DNA from: a virus
IMG/VR virus record: IMGVR_UViG_3300017731_001834
Location: 7,823-71,822 of that record
Direction: 5' to 3' (one strand)
Length of the DNA stretch: 64,000 nucleotides
Every line of letters begins with the position of its first letter. Within the stretch, counting starts at the first letter, position 1. Under the pieces are notes generated by a model that ran no database searches, was not told the origin of the DNA, and saw only the letters and a program-made list of their open reading frames with translations. Of this stretch, positions 1-9,324 are shown one piece after another. The position numbers and the translations under genes were made by a program.

Positions 1-1
1 G

Positions 2-265
2 TTTTATCATCAAGATGAGATTAGACAAAGGGAAGAACCATTTGAAGCAAGTTATTGTGGTTTTGGATTCACAAAGGTCGCATCAAACATCATAAGAGAG
101 TTAGAATATCCTTATTTCAGACAAAGAATGGTAACCATCGGTGACCATAGTGAGAATTGTAGTGAGGATGTCTCATTCTGTCTTGATGTTTGGGAAAAAT
201 GTGGTATAAAACCAACAATTTTACCACAATTAAGGGTAAATCATTTAAAAGAAATGTATATTTAA
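2..265 (+). CDS. 5'-truncated GT2-like glycosyltransferase (C-terminal part)
   Basis: Not in the ORF track. The frame starting at base 2 reads FYHQ...YCGFGFTKV...YPYF...SEDVSFC...RVNHLKEMYI*; GFGF/EDxxFC/RVxH is typical of phage GT-A/GT2 C-termini. Confidence 0.6.
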   Translation, partial: FYHQDEIRQREEPFEASYCGFGFTKVASNIIRELEYPYFRQRMVTIGDHSENCSEDVSFCLDVWEKCGIKPTILPQLRVNHLKEMYI

Positions 266-266
266 T

Positions 267-274
267 ATATTTAT
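267..274 (+). promoter_or_regulatory. Putative late-promoter motif ATA(T/C)TTAT
   Basis: The same octamer recurs at gene boundaries: 507, 1137, 3733, 5437, 12840, 17206, 21519, 35167, 62580 and 63027. Confidence 0.55.
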
Positions 275-292
275 ATAAAATAGGAAAAAATT

Positions 293-499
293 ATGTATCG
301 TATAGTAAAACAACTTCATCCAGCACCAAGTTCAAGTGCAGACCCATATTGGGCATCAAGAGATGTATACGTTGCAAAGTTGAGTGGTAGCGCAGAGCAG
401 GTTTGGGAGTACAGTACTCAAGCAGCGGCTACCGCTAAAATGAATGAATTAGAAGCGGCTGATTCAACCGAAAGAAAATATAAAGTTATTTTAGTCTAA
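293..499 (+). CDS. Hypothetical protein (68 aa)
   Basis: ATG with an AGGA SD, downstream of the ATATTTAT motif. Confidence 0.7.
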   Translation: MYRIVKQLHPAPSSSADPYWASRDVYVAKLSGSAEQVWEYSTQAAATAKMNELEAADSTERKYKVILV

Positions 500-549
500 C
501 AAGTATATACTTATATATTAGTAAACAGAAACAGTTATAGGAGAATAAT

Positions 550-819
550 ATGTCAGAAGACGTAAATATAAAAGAAACACCTTTGTCTGAAAGTGAAAAA
601 GAACAACTATCTGAAGTGGTTCAACTTAGTCAACAACTACAGAGTGCCTTTGGTAATCTATCGATAAGAAAAATCCAAATTGAATCAGAGGAAGAAGTTT
701 TAAAACAAGAACTTTCTAAGAAAAATCAAAAAGAAGCCGAAATTTCACGTAAAATAAATGAAAAGTATGGTGTCGGTTCGGTTGATTTACAAAAAGGTGT
801 TTTTATAAAACAAGATTAA
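550..819 (+). CDS. Small coiled-coil protein (paralog 1)
   Basis: AGGAG SD; heptad-rich; C-terminal NEKYGVGSVDLQKGVF. Confidence 0.75.
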   Translation: MSEDVNIKETPLSESEKEQLSEVVQLSQQLQSAFGNLSIRKIQIESEEEVLKQELSKKNQKEAEISRKINEKYGVGSVDLQKGVFIKQD

Positions 820-821
820 TT

Positions 822-1097
822 ATGGCAGAAAAAATAAAATTTAATGACGAAGAGTTAAAACAACTAGAATCATTACAGAACGACTACTCACAAAAACAGG
901 TGGAGTTAGGTCAAATTCACGTACAAAGATTGTTACTTAACCAACAATTAGCAGAATTACAAAACCGTCAATCAGAGATAGAACAGCAGTATATAGAAAT
1001 ACAAGGTAGAGAAAAACAAATGGTTGATGTACTTAACGAAAAGTATGGTGCAGGTCAATTAGATCCTGAGACTGGTGTTTTTACCCCTACAAAATAA
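822..1097 (+). CDS. Small coiled-coil protein (paralog 2)
   Basis: Heptad-rich; C-terminal NEKYGAGQLDPETGVF aligns with the previous ORF. Confidence 0.75.
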   Translation: MAEKIKFNDEELKQLESLQNDYSQKQVELGQIHVQRLLLNQQLAELQNRQSEIEQQYIEIQGREKQMVDVLNEKYGAGQLDPETGVFTPTK

Positions 1098-1100
1098 AAA

Positions 1101-1135
1101 AAAGTGTCCTAAAAGGTGTTTTTAGGATATTTTTT
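1101..1135 (+). terminator. Putative intrinsic terminator
   Basis: Stem GTGTCCTAAAA / TTTTAGGATAT (G-U pairs allowed), flanked by A- and T-runs, immediately after a stop codon. Confidence 0.55.
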
Positions 1136-1186
1136 AATATTTATTGTAGACATTTACTTTAATATCAACTAATTAGGAGATTACCG

Positions 1187-3646
1187 ATGGCTGAAAGAAT
1201 CGTCTCGCCAGGTGTATTTACAAGAGAAAAGGATTTATCCTTTCTACCACAAGGCATAAGTGAAATAGGTGCAGCTATCATCGGGCCAACCGAGAAAGGC
1301 CCTGCATTCACACCAACACAAATAACAAGTTTTCAAGAGTTTGAAGAAATTTTTGGAAACTTAGACCCAAGATTTTACACACCATACGCTGCTGAGGCAT
1401 ATCTTAAAAGCGCTGGTGTAGTTACAATCGTTAGAGTTTTAGGAATCGGCGGATATCTAGCTGATACTATAGAGCTTAGAATACAAAGTAGTGGTTCTGG
1501 TTATTCAGAATTCACACAATCAATCGCCGTATTAGCACCATCACTTGGTTCAAGCGGTGGTGGTGACTTATCAAAGTCAAAACTTGTCTCATCAACATCA
1601 TCCGCTACATCATTTGATTTGGTTGTAAGTGGTAGTAACGTGACTGAAAGAACCTATTCTTTATCATTCGATACAGGTAGTTCAACGCATATAAGTAAGG
1701 TATTCAGTTCAAGTCCTTTATCGACCAAAGCTAACGGAGCAGCTGGTGAGGTATACGTATACAAGAATTATAAAACTAGACCATTTGATGTAGTAGGTGA
1801 GACAGGTGTCGCACTCGCAACTATGTCAGCTTCCATTTCGGTTACTGACAATGGTTTAGATTTTAAGAGTGGAACAAATACTGTCGACGATGGTGGTGAT
1901 GCTTCAGATACAACATGGACTGGTAATAAGGACTTCCAATTTGCAAGAACACCTTATATTCAATCCCAAAACTTATCTGGCGCTAGAGAAGATTTATTCA
2001 GAGTATACTCAAGAAGTCATGGAACTGACGTAAATTCTAAATTTAAAATAGCTATTTTAGATATTGTTAGAGCAGATGATGTTGCTGGTTCAGACTTTGG
2101 TACATTTGCTATACAGGTTAGAGTACATAATCCAGATGGAATTGATGATGACACAATCTTAGAGACCTTTAATAAGTTAACATTTGACCCATTATCACCA
2201 AACTTCTTTGCTAGAAGAATCGGTGATAGATATTCAGTCATTGATGATAATGGTAAAAAGACAGAATATGGAACATTTCCAAATGTAAGTAAACATATTA
2301 GGGTCGCAGACTTTAAAAACCTCGTAAAAGATGGTCAATTTAAGTTAGATAAAGCTTTAGTACCTATGGGACATGGTAAATTACAAAACCCAACACCAGG
2401 TGGTACTACAGTTCCAACTGCAGTAACTCAATCTAATCAGTTAACAACTGGCGGTATTTATGACCAAAATATTTTCTACGGATTTAATTTCGCAAATGAA
2501 ATCTCAAGACAATATCTTGCTCCAATTCCATCATCAGCAACACCAGGTAGTAACGTTACCATGAGTCTTGAAGACCAATTTGGAACAGACGAGGCTACAG
2601 AATTAGGTGTATCAACATTTGCAGATGCTACAGAACAGATTTCGTTGACAAACTCAGCTTTACAACAAAGAAAGTTCATAGTACCTCTACAATTTGGTTT
2701 TGATGGAAAAAATCCAGCAATAGATTCAAAAACCGCAACAGATATAGTAAATACAAATACGCAAGGATTTGATTTATCATCAACAACTGCTAGTGGTTCT
2801 GTCGCATTTAAAAGAGCGATTAACACCATTTCAAATCCAGATGAGGTTGATATAAATCTATTGGCTATACCTGGTGTGATTCACGGATTACACTCGACTG
2901 TAACAAACCATGCTATATCAAAGATGGAAGCAAGGGCAGATGCGTTTTACATAATGGACGCAGCTGGATGGAGTGATACAATCGAAACTGTCAAAAATAC
3001 AATAGTAAATCTTGATACTAATTACGCAGCTGTTTACTACCCATGGGTACAAGTTGTTGATTCAAGCACAGATAGTCCAGTATGGGTTCCCCCATCAACT
3101 GTATTACCAGGTGTTTATAGTTTCAATGATAGTGTCGCACATGAGTGGTTTGCACCAGCCGGTTTGACAAGAGGTGGTTTGACGGATGTATTACAAGCTA
3201 ATGGAAAATTGACACACGCTGAAAGAGATGATTTATATGAGGCAAGAATAAACCCAATCGCTTCATTCCCAAATCAGAACGTGGTGGTATTCGGACAGAA
3301 GACACTTCAATCAAAACCATCAGCGTTAGATAGAATCAATATTAGAAGATTGTTGATTAGACTTAGAAAGTTTATCGCATCATCTTCAAGATTCTTGGTG
3401 TTCGAACAAAATACACAGGCAACAAGAAACAGATTCCTAAATATTGTGAATCCTTTCTTAGAGTCAGTACAATCCAATAGTGGATTAAGTGCTTTCAGAG
3501 TTGTCATGGATGATTCGAATAACACACCAGATGTTGTTGATAGAAATCAGTTGGTAGGTCAGATATTTATCCAACCTACAAGAACCGCAGAGTTTATAGT
3601 GTTAGACTTTGTTGTTCAACCAACAGGCGCTTCATTTCCTGAGTAA
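1187..3646 (+). CDS. Contractile tail sheath protein (T4 gp18-like)
   Basis: N-terminal VSPGVFTREKDLS and IIGPTEKGP; C-terminal WFAPAG, LYEARINPI, RINIRRLL, FEQN and PTRTAEFI. Confidence 0.95.
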   Translation: MAERIVSPGVFTREKDLSFLPQGISEIGAAIIGPTEKGPAFTPTQITSFQEFEEIFGNLDPRFYTPYAAEAYLKSAGVVTIVRVLGIGGYLADTIELRIQSSGSGYSEFTQSIAVLAPSLGSSGGGDLSKSKLVSSTSSATSFDLVVSGSNVTERTYSLSFDTGSSTHISKVFSSSPLSTKANGAAGEVYVYKNYKTRPFDVVGETGVALATMSASISVTDNGLDFKSGTNTVDDGGDASDTTWTGNKDFQFARTPYIQSQNLSGAREDLFRVYSRSHGTDVNSKFKIAILDIVRADDVAGSDFGTFAIQVRVHNPDGIDDDTILETFNKLTFDPLSPNFFARRIGDRYSVIDDNGKKTEYGTFPNVSKHIRVADFKNLVKDGQFKLDKALVPMGHGKLQNPTPGGTTVPTAVTQSNQLTTGGIYDQNIFYGFNFANEISRQYLAPIPSSATPGSNVTMSLEDQFGTDEATELGVSTFADATEQISLTNSALQQRKFIVPLQFGFDGKNPAIDSKTATDIVNTNTQGFDLSSTTASGSVAFKRAINTISNPDEVDINLLAIPGVIHGLHSTVTNHAISKMEARADAFYIMDAAGWSDTIETVKNTIVNLDTNYAAVYYPWVQVVDSSTDSPVWVPPSTVLPGVYSFNDSVAHEWFAPAGLTRGGLTDVLQANGKLTHAERDDLYEARINPIASFPNQNVVVFGQKTLQSKPSALDRINIRRLLIRLRKFIASSSRFLVFEQNTQATRNRFLNIVNPFLESVQSNSGLSAFRVVMDDSNNTPDVVDRNQLVGQIFIQPTRTAEFIVLDFVVQPTGASFPE

Positions 3647-3672
3647 TTCAGTAACATAAATCGAAAAACATT

Positions 3673-3699
3673 AAGCCCCATTTAACGATGGGGTTTTTT
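3673..3699 (+). terminator. Intrinsic terminator after sheath gene
   Basis: AAGCCCCAT-ttaacg-ATGGGGTTT followed by a T-run. Confidence 0.8.
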
Positions 3700-3778
3700 G
3701 TTTGACGTTTTTGTCGAAAATATTTTAACATGATATTTATTAATGAGTATCAAAGAAATGACTTTTTGGAGACAATGA

Positions 3779-4264
3779 ATGGCTACATTAGACCCTAATG
3801 AAATAATGTTTACCCCTTTCGAACCGAAAACTAAAAATCGGTTCATTATGTATATTGATGGAATACCAGCGTATCTGATAAGGGCAATGAACAGACCACA
3901 ACTTCAGTTTGAAGAGATAGTTTTAGACCATATTAATGTGAAAAGATATGTCAAAGGTAAAGCTGCATGGCAACCTATTGATATCACATTATACGACCCG
4001 GTTGTACCAAGTGGGGCGCAATCAGTTTTAGAGTGGATTCGTTTAGGTCACGAATCTGTAACAGGTCGTGATGGTTATTCAGATTTTTATAAAAAAGATA
4101 TAACCTTTAATTTGTTAGGGCCAGTTGGTGACGTTGTTGAGGAATGGTTACTAAAAGGAACCTATATTGAGAACGCTAACTTTGGTGATTTAGATTATGC
4201 ATCAAGTGACCCAGCTGAAATTACCCTAACACTTAAATATGACTACGCAGTCTTACAATTCTAA
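3779..4264 (+). CDS. Tail tube protein (T4 gp19-like)
   Basis: Follows the sheath; FEPKTKNRF, WQPIDITLYDP, GDVVEEW and EITLTLKYDYA. Confidence 0.9.
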   Translation: MATLDPNEIMFTPFEPKTKNRFIMYIDGIPAYLIRAMNRPQLQFEEIVLDHINVKRYVKGKAAWQPIDITLYDPVVPSGAQSVLEWIRLGHESVTGRDGYSDFYKKDITFNLLGPVGDVVEEWLLKGTYIENANFGDLDYASSDPAEITLTLKYDYAVLQF

Positions 4265-4276
4265 TAGGAGAATAAA

Positions 4277-4429
4277 ATGAGTGAATGGATAGCAGCAAAT
4301 TGGGAGTATGTTTTAGTAGCATTCTACGCAATTGAAAAAATTGTAAAACTTACACCAACAAAATATGATGATATCTTATTTGATGCGGTTCTTAAACCAA
4401 TCAAAGAAAAAATGATGCCATCAAAATAA
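4277..4429 (+). CDS. Small membrane protein, holin-like (50 aa; not in ORF track)
   Basis: AGGAG SD; MSEWIAANWEYVLVAFYAIEKIVKLTPTKYDDILFDAVLKPIKEKMMPSK has a hydrophobic helix followed by TPTKxDD. Confidence 0.6.
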   Translation: MSEWIAANWEYVLVAFYAIEKIVKLTPTKYDDILFDAVLKPIKEKMMPSK

Positions 4430-4497
4430 AATAGTTTTTCAGAATAAAAGGTTATAATTATAATTGGTTTTAAAATTATTCAAAGGAGTAAAAATAA

Positions 4498-5244
4498 ATG
4501 TCTGAGTACAAGTTCCCTACTGAAATAGTAGAGCTTCCGTCAAAAGGTCATTTTTACGTTAATGGACACCCCCTATCATCAGGTAAGGTAGAGATAAAAT
4601 ATATGACAGCGAAAGAAGAAGATATCTTATCGTCAGAAAATTTAATCCGTCAAGGTGTAGTAATAGACAAACTATTGGAAGCATTAATAGTAGACAAGTC
4701 AATAAAAGTAAATGATTTATTAACAGGTGATAAAAACGCTATCATGGTAGCCACTAGAATATTAGCTTATGGAAAAGAGTATAATTTTGAGTATGGTGGT
4801 GTAGAACAATCAGTTGATTTAACAGAATTATCAAATAAAGAGGTAGACCTAAGTAAACATACTAAAGGCATCAATGAGTTTGATTTTAAGTTACCCAACT
4901 CAAAAAGAGAGGTAAAGTTTAAATTACCAAATGGTCACGACGAAGCTGCGATTGATGAAGAGGTTAAAGCCATGAAAAAAGTTAATGAGACTGTTTCAAC
5001 AGACTTAACGACCAGATTCAAAAAAACGATTATTTCCGTTGATGGTAAAACGGATGCTTCATTCATAAATAAATTTGTCGATAATGAATTTTTATCAGTC
5101 GATTCATTAGCTCTGAGAAAATATATTCAAGAAATACAACCAGACATTGACATGACCGCAAATGTAAAAGATGTCAATGGGGAGGAGATAGAGGTGACGA
5201 TTCCAGTCACCCTCCGATTTTTTTGGCCTACCGCCAACATATAG
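4498..5244 (+). CDS. Baseplate hub / tail assembly chaperone (T4 gp26-like)
   Basis: VELPSKG, YMTAKEEDIL, GDKNAIMVATRILAYG and a terminal FFWP; lies between tube and tape measure genes. Confidence 0.8.
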   Translation: MSEYKFPTEIVELPSKGHFYVNGHPLSSGKVEIKYMTAKEEDILSSENLIRQGVVIDKLLEALIVDKSIKVNDLLTGDKNAIMVATRILAYGKEYNFEYGGVEQSVDLTELSNKEVDLSKHTKGINEFDFKLPNSKREVKFKLPNGHDEAAIDEEVKAMKKVNETVSTDLTTRFKKTIISVDGKTDASFINKFVDNEFLSVDSLALRKYIQEIQPDIDMTANVKDVNGEEIEVTIPVTLRFFWPTANI

Positions 5245-5437
5245 GCGAGACCTACACGAACAAATATTCCAACTTATGATAAATTCAAAAGGTGGTTTCA
5301 CCTTTACTGAATTATACAACCTACCGGTATATCTGAGAAGTTTTTATCTCAATAGATTAAATAAGTATTATCAAGAAGAAGCCAAAGAGATTAAAAAAGA
5401 GACTTCTAAGATGAAGTCATCTTTTAGTAAAAAGTAA
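5222..5437 (+). CDS. Frameshift-accessed C-terminal extension of the chaperone (gp51/GT-like)
   Basis: Open +1 frame from the T7 run at 5218-5224: FGLPPTYRRDLHEQIFQLMINSKGGFTFTELYNLPVYLRSFYLNRL...KK*. No SD or start codon at its 5' end. Confidence 0.65.
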   Translation, partial: FGLPPTYRRDLHEQIFQLMINSKGGFTFTELYNLPVYLRSFYLNRLNKYYQEEAKEIKKETSKMKSSFSKK

Positions 5438-5476
5438 TATTTATTATTGAAGTGTTTTAATTAATCGGAGATTACT

Positions 5477-5725
5477 ATGCCAAAATACAAAAATCTAAAA
5501 CCTGAAATTATAGAGAGTTTTTTAGACAAGATTTTTGCAAACGCCGCAAAAAAAGCACAAAATGATGCTATCAAAAAATTAGCTAAAAAAGATAAGACCT
5601 TTGCTAAGAACTACGCTACCCTCGTTAAGTTAAGGGATAAAGTCGAAAAGGATTTGAGAGCTAAGGGAATTGATCCTGATGAAGAGGCGTTGAAAGCTAT
5701 GAGGAAACTTAGAAGAAATTCTTAG
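5477..5725 (+). CDS. Hypothetical basic helical protein
   Basis: GGAG SD; follows the ATATTTAT motif. Confidence 0.65.
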   Translation: MPKYKNLKPEIIESFLDKIFANAAKKAQNDAIKKLAKKDKTFAKNYATLVKLRDKVEKDLRAKGIDPDEEALKAMRKLRRNS

Positions 5726-5734
5726 GAAACTTTA

Positions 5735-7009
5735 ATGTCTATTGAAAAGGTAACTCAAGAACGTTTAGATATAGCTCAACAATTAAGACAAGAGCTAGCA
5801 AACATGGCAGAAATCCAAGAGGAAAGTGGAGAATCACTATCTAAACAGCTTGGTCTTCTTAAAGACTTTAATGTAATAAACAAAGATTTGTTAGCAAAAG
5901 AGAGTTTAAGAAGAAACGTTTCAAATGATTTTGCTAAACAACAACTAAAGACGATTCAAGGGCAAAATATAATCAGAAAGAATGTGGCGGCACAATTAGG
6001 TGGTTTTAAAAAGCTTATCGCTGGTGCAAAAACATTTAATTTAGTATTAGCAGCAAATCCAGTCATAGCTATCGGAGCAGCCTTAGTATTCGTTCTGACT
6101 TTAGTAAGTAAAATTAATAAAGCCCTAGCTGAGACAAGAACAAATCTTGGTGTGAGCGCTGTTGAAGCGGCAAAGATAAGATTTAGAGTTGAAGCTACTG
6201 GCAAGGCTCTTCAGGTTCTTGGTTTGGAGGCTAAAGATGCACAAGAATCTTTCGATGCCATAAGACAAACATTTGGTGGTATAGACCAAGCATCAAGTAA
6301 ATTTGTATTCAATTTAGCCAGAGCACAACTTGTGACAGGCGCCACAACATCACAATTATCTGACTTATTAGCCATACAAGAATCGGTTACCTCATCCAGT
6401 AGAGAAACATTATTAGCACAATTGAGTACGGTATCAGCGGCTATCAGATTAGAGGGTGTCGCACCAGATGCGGTCTTTAGACAATTAGCTGAAAATGCAG
6501 AAGCTGTCGCACTAAGTATAAATGATGGTGGTGACAATCTTATAAAGGCAGCTATACAAGCTAGAAAACTTGGTGTAGAATTTAGAACAGTTACGGGCAT
6601 CGCTGATAAATTATTAGACTTTGAATCATCGATTGAGAGTCAACTACAGGCTTCAGTATTATTAGGTAGAGAGATAAACCTTGATAGGGCTAGACAACTA
6701 GCTTTGAATAATGATTTGGCTGGAGCGTTAGAAGAAGTGGTCACACAGGTCGGTGGTGAAGCAGAATTTAATGAATTGAATAGAATACAAAGACAAGCCT
6801 TAGCAGATAGTGTTGGTGTTAGTGTACAAGAATTATCAAGACTTGTCAGAGATAATGGTAACGCCGGTATAGAGGGTGTGGCCTCATCATTTACAGATGT
6901 TGAAAAATATCAGAACGAATCAATTAACTTACTAAACCAAGTCGTTAGAAATACTGACAAGAGTGCAAAAGCGAATACAACAACAGCGAACGAAGTAGGT
7001 GGAGGATAA
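5735..7009 (+). CDS. Tape measure protein (short, 424 aa)
   Basis: Ala/Leu-rich and helical with a hydrophobic segment (LAANPVIAIGAALVFVL); LLDFESSIESQLQASVLLGREINLDRARQLAL; position after the chaperone. Confidence 0.75.
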   Translation: MSIEKVTQERLDIAQQLRQELANMAEIQEESGESLSKQLGLLKDFNVINKDLLAKESLRRNVSNDFAKQQLKTIQGQNIIRKNVAAQLGGFKKLIAGAKTFNLVLAANPVIAIGAALVFVLTLVSKINKALAETRTNLGVSAVEAAKIRFRVEATGKALQVLGLEAKDAQESFDAIRQTFGGIDQASSKFVFNLARAQLVTGATTSQLSDLLAIQESVTSSSRETLLAQLSTVSAAIRLEGVAPDAVFRQLAENAEAVALSINDGGDNLIKAAIQARKLGVEFRTVTGIADKLLDFESSIESQLQASVLLGREINLDRARQLALNNDLAGALEEVVTQVGGEAEFNELNRIQRQALADSVGVSVQELSRLVRDNGNAGIEGVASSFTDVEKYQNESINLLNQVVRNTDKSAKANTTTANEVGGG

Positions 7010-7012
7010 TTA

Positions 7013-8959
7013 ATGGCATTAGTTGAATTTACATCAGATTTAGCAGATATCAATAGTTTCGACCAACCAGATAGGAACGTTGAAAAAGAAACGTCCAATT
7101 CGAGTGCCGTAGATGCGAAGAAAAGAAATAAATTTTTAGATATAAAAGGAGATTTCGTATCACCTTTTAAGTATTCTGAATTAAATAAAGCTAAACCGAT
7201 TAGAGAAGATTTAGGACGTAAGTCATTTGAGAATAATAATTTTAGGGGTGAAAAGGGAAATCCATCCACGTTTAGAAGTAATATTATTGATTCGAGAGGA
7301 AACAAGGCTGTAAACTTTGACCCAAATAGACCTTATACAATTGATAGAAATTCAGAACTCTTAAAGTTACATACCAAAGATAACTTTTTAGAAAAACTTT
7401 ATGATAGAGCCCTTAGTAATAGTGATGAGCTAGGACTAAGAAATAATTCAAAATTTTCATTTGACCAACCATTTGTAATCAGAAAGGTTGACAACAGATT
7501 AGGCTTTGGTGGATTAGAACAATTCTCACAAGATAACAGAGTTTTAAAATTTTTAGATACGGCCGGTGCAATTGTTAATAATGTAGCTGGTTCGATAGTA
7601 GGTAGGTCACCAAATGAGTTTATCGGTGCATCGATAAATTCATATGCAAGAACCATTAAGTTTTTAATAACATCAAACGGAATCGCTTTTCTTGCTAAGC
7701 AACAGGCCTTAAAAAGTAGAAACCCAAATCCACTTAGAGGCTCAGTTAGATATAATGACGCTAAATTTGACTCAATACCTACAGGCCCATTAGCACAAAG
7801 TGAGAACCTACAAAGATATAACTCGTTATCATTGGCTAGTATACCAGGCGTTACGAAATTAAACATAAACACACCTGATTTAGGTCAATTTGTCGCACCT
7901 TACATCAATACAATAAAAGACGCTATCGTTCCACAAATAACTGATTTAGCAAAAGGTGTTGGTAAAAAGGTAATTAAATTTGGAAAAGACGCTCTCGCTC
8001 CCATCGCAAAATCAGCAGCCTCATTTGTTGGTGGTGGATTAAAATTTATAGGTAGTAAGTTACCAAACATACCAAAACCAAATATTAATATTTCTATTAA
8101 TGCACCAGCTTTTATAGATACAGCAGGACTCAAAGAAAAAGTTGGGGTTATAGCTAGTCAAGTCGCATCAGCAGCAAAGGCTTTTAGTTTTGGTAGTGGG
8201 ATATTTGATAAAAAATCATTAGCTGCGTTACAAGGTAGGCAGGCTGTTTTAAATATGGGTGCCGACCCAACAAATCTAGTCCCTTATGGTTCAGATTCAT
8301 ATCAGGGAGTTTCTTATGAAAATATAGACTTCATACCTTTCAGTTTTTATGATGTGGTGAATCAAAAAAGAATTGTCTTCAGAGCTTTATTAAGTGGTAT
8401 TACGGATACGTTCTCACCTGAGTATTCATCAGAGAGGTATGTAGGAAGACCAGATAGTGTTTATGTTTATCAAGGCACACAGCGTGAGATAAGTTTTACA
8501 TTTGACATTTATCCACAGAGTGATAGGGAGATGATTACGCTTTGGTCAAAAATGAATTATTTAGCTGGTCTCTGTTATCCAACTTATGAGTCGACTGGCG
8601 CGGGTGGTGGTCTTGGTATGATTGCTCCATTTGCTAAGTTAACGATTGGTGATATGTACAGAAACACTTCAGGTTATATTTCCTCACTAACTTATACTGT
8701 TCAAGATACAGGCACATATGAAACAACATTCGCAAAGTTACCAAAGTACATACAGGCTAATTGTTCATTTACGTATATAGGGGATAGGTTACCAAGTAGT
8801 ACACAAAAACATTATGAAGCTGAGTGGATTGGTGACGAGGATTATGAAATAGATTCTAGTTCGTTATTACGTGAATTAGCAGGAAACGCTCTCTTAAATA
8901 GGATTGATTCTAATAAATTAAAAGATAAAGCAAAAAGTAAAGTATTAGGTCTATTATGA
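7013..8959 (+). CDS. Baseplate / tail-tube initiator-like protein
   Basis: C-terminal tube-like domain (FRALLSGITDTFSPEY...YVGRPD...REISFTFDI...LTIGDMY); synteny. Confidence 0.65.
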   Translation: MALVEFTSDLADINSFDQPDRNVEKETSNSSAVDAKKRNKFLDIKGDFVSPFKYSELNKAKPIREDLGRKSFENNNFRGEKGNPSTFRSNIIDSRGNKAVNFDPNRPYTIDRNSELLKLHTKDNFLEKLYDRALSNSDELGLRNNSKFSFDQPFVIRKVDNRLGFGGLEQFSQDNRVLKFLDTAGAIVNNVAGSIVGRSPNEFIGASINSYARTIKFLITSNGIAFLAKQQALKSRNPNPLRGSVRYNDAKFDSIPTGPLAQSENLQRYNSLSLASIPGVTKLNINTPDLGQFVAPYINTIKDAIVPQITDLAKGVGKKVIKFGKDALAPIAKSAASFVGGGLKFIGSKLPNIPKPNINISINAPAFIDTAGLKEKVGVIASQVASAAKAFSFGSGIFDKKSLAALQGRQAVLNMGADPTNLVPYGSDSYQGVSYENIDFIPFSFYDVVNQKRIVFRALLSGITDTFSPEYSSERYVGRPDSVYVYQGTQREISFTFDIYPQSDREMITLWSKMNYLAGLCYPTYESTGAGGGLGMIAPFAKLTIGDMYRNTSGYISSLTYTVQDTGTYETTFAKLPKYIQANCSFTYIGDRLPSSTQKHYEAEWIGDEDYEIDSSSLLRELAGNALLNRIDSNKLKDKAKSKVLGLL

Positions 8960-9324
8960 GATATCAAAATACAAAAACTAAAAAATCCAAAGAGGGGTTC
9001 GAGGTGTATAGTACCACCTACTATCCTACAATTCCAATTTCCGATTCAGACACATTTATCCTATCCAAAGATAGTTCACGTTTAGATTCTTTAGCATACG
9101 AAGCTTACGGAGATAGTAAATTGTGGTGGGTAATCGCAAAAGCAAATGGTATCAGAGGTAAGATAGCTCTTAAAGCTGGACAGTTATTAAGAATACCTGG
9201 TCAAATCACAAAAATAATCGACGACTTTGAAACTATTAATGAAAGTGGTGATGCAACATCATCGGCCGGAGGTGGTTCGACGGGTGGAGGAGGAGGAGCC
9301 GCTGGTGGTGGAGGCGGTTACTAA
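8956..9324 (+). CDS. LysM-like baseplate wedge protein with Gly-rich tail
   Basis: RLDSLAYEAYGDSKLWWVIAKANGI...GQLLRIP; ATGA overlap with the previous gene. Confidence 0.8.
   Translation: MRYQNTKTKKSKEGFEVYSTTYYPTIPISDSDTFILSKDSSRLDSLAYEAYGDSKLWWVIAKANGIRGKIALKAGQLLRIPGQITKIIDDFETINESGDATSSAGGGSTGGGGGAAGGGGGY

Noticed and set aside
190-390. 66-aa ORF in the track
   Set aside because: It overlaps the better-supported GT2-like frame (2-265) and the 293-499 gene, has a TTG start and no SD.
9265-9321. GC-rich GGN repeat
   Set aside because: It simply encodes the Gly-rich tail of the LysM protein.
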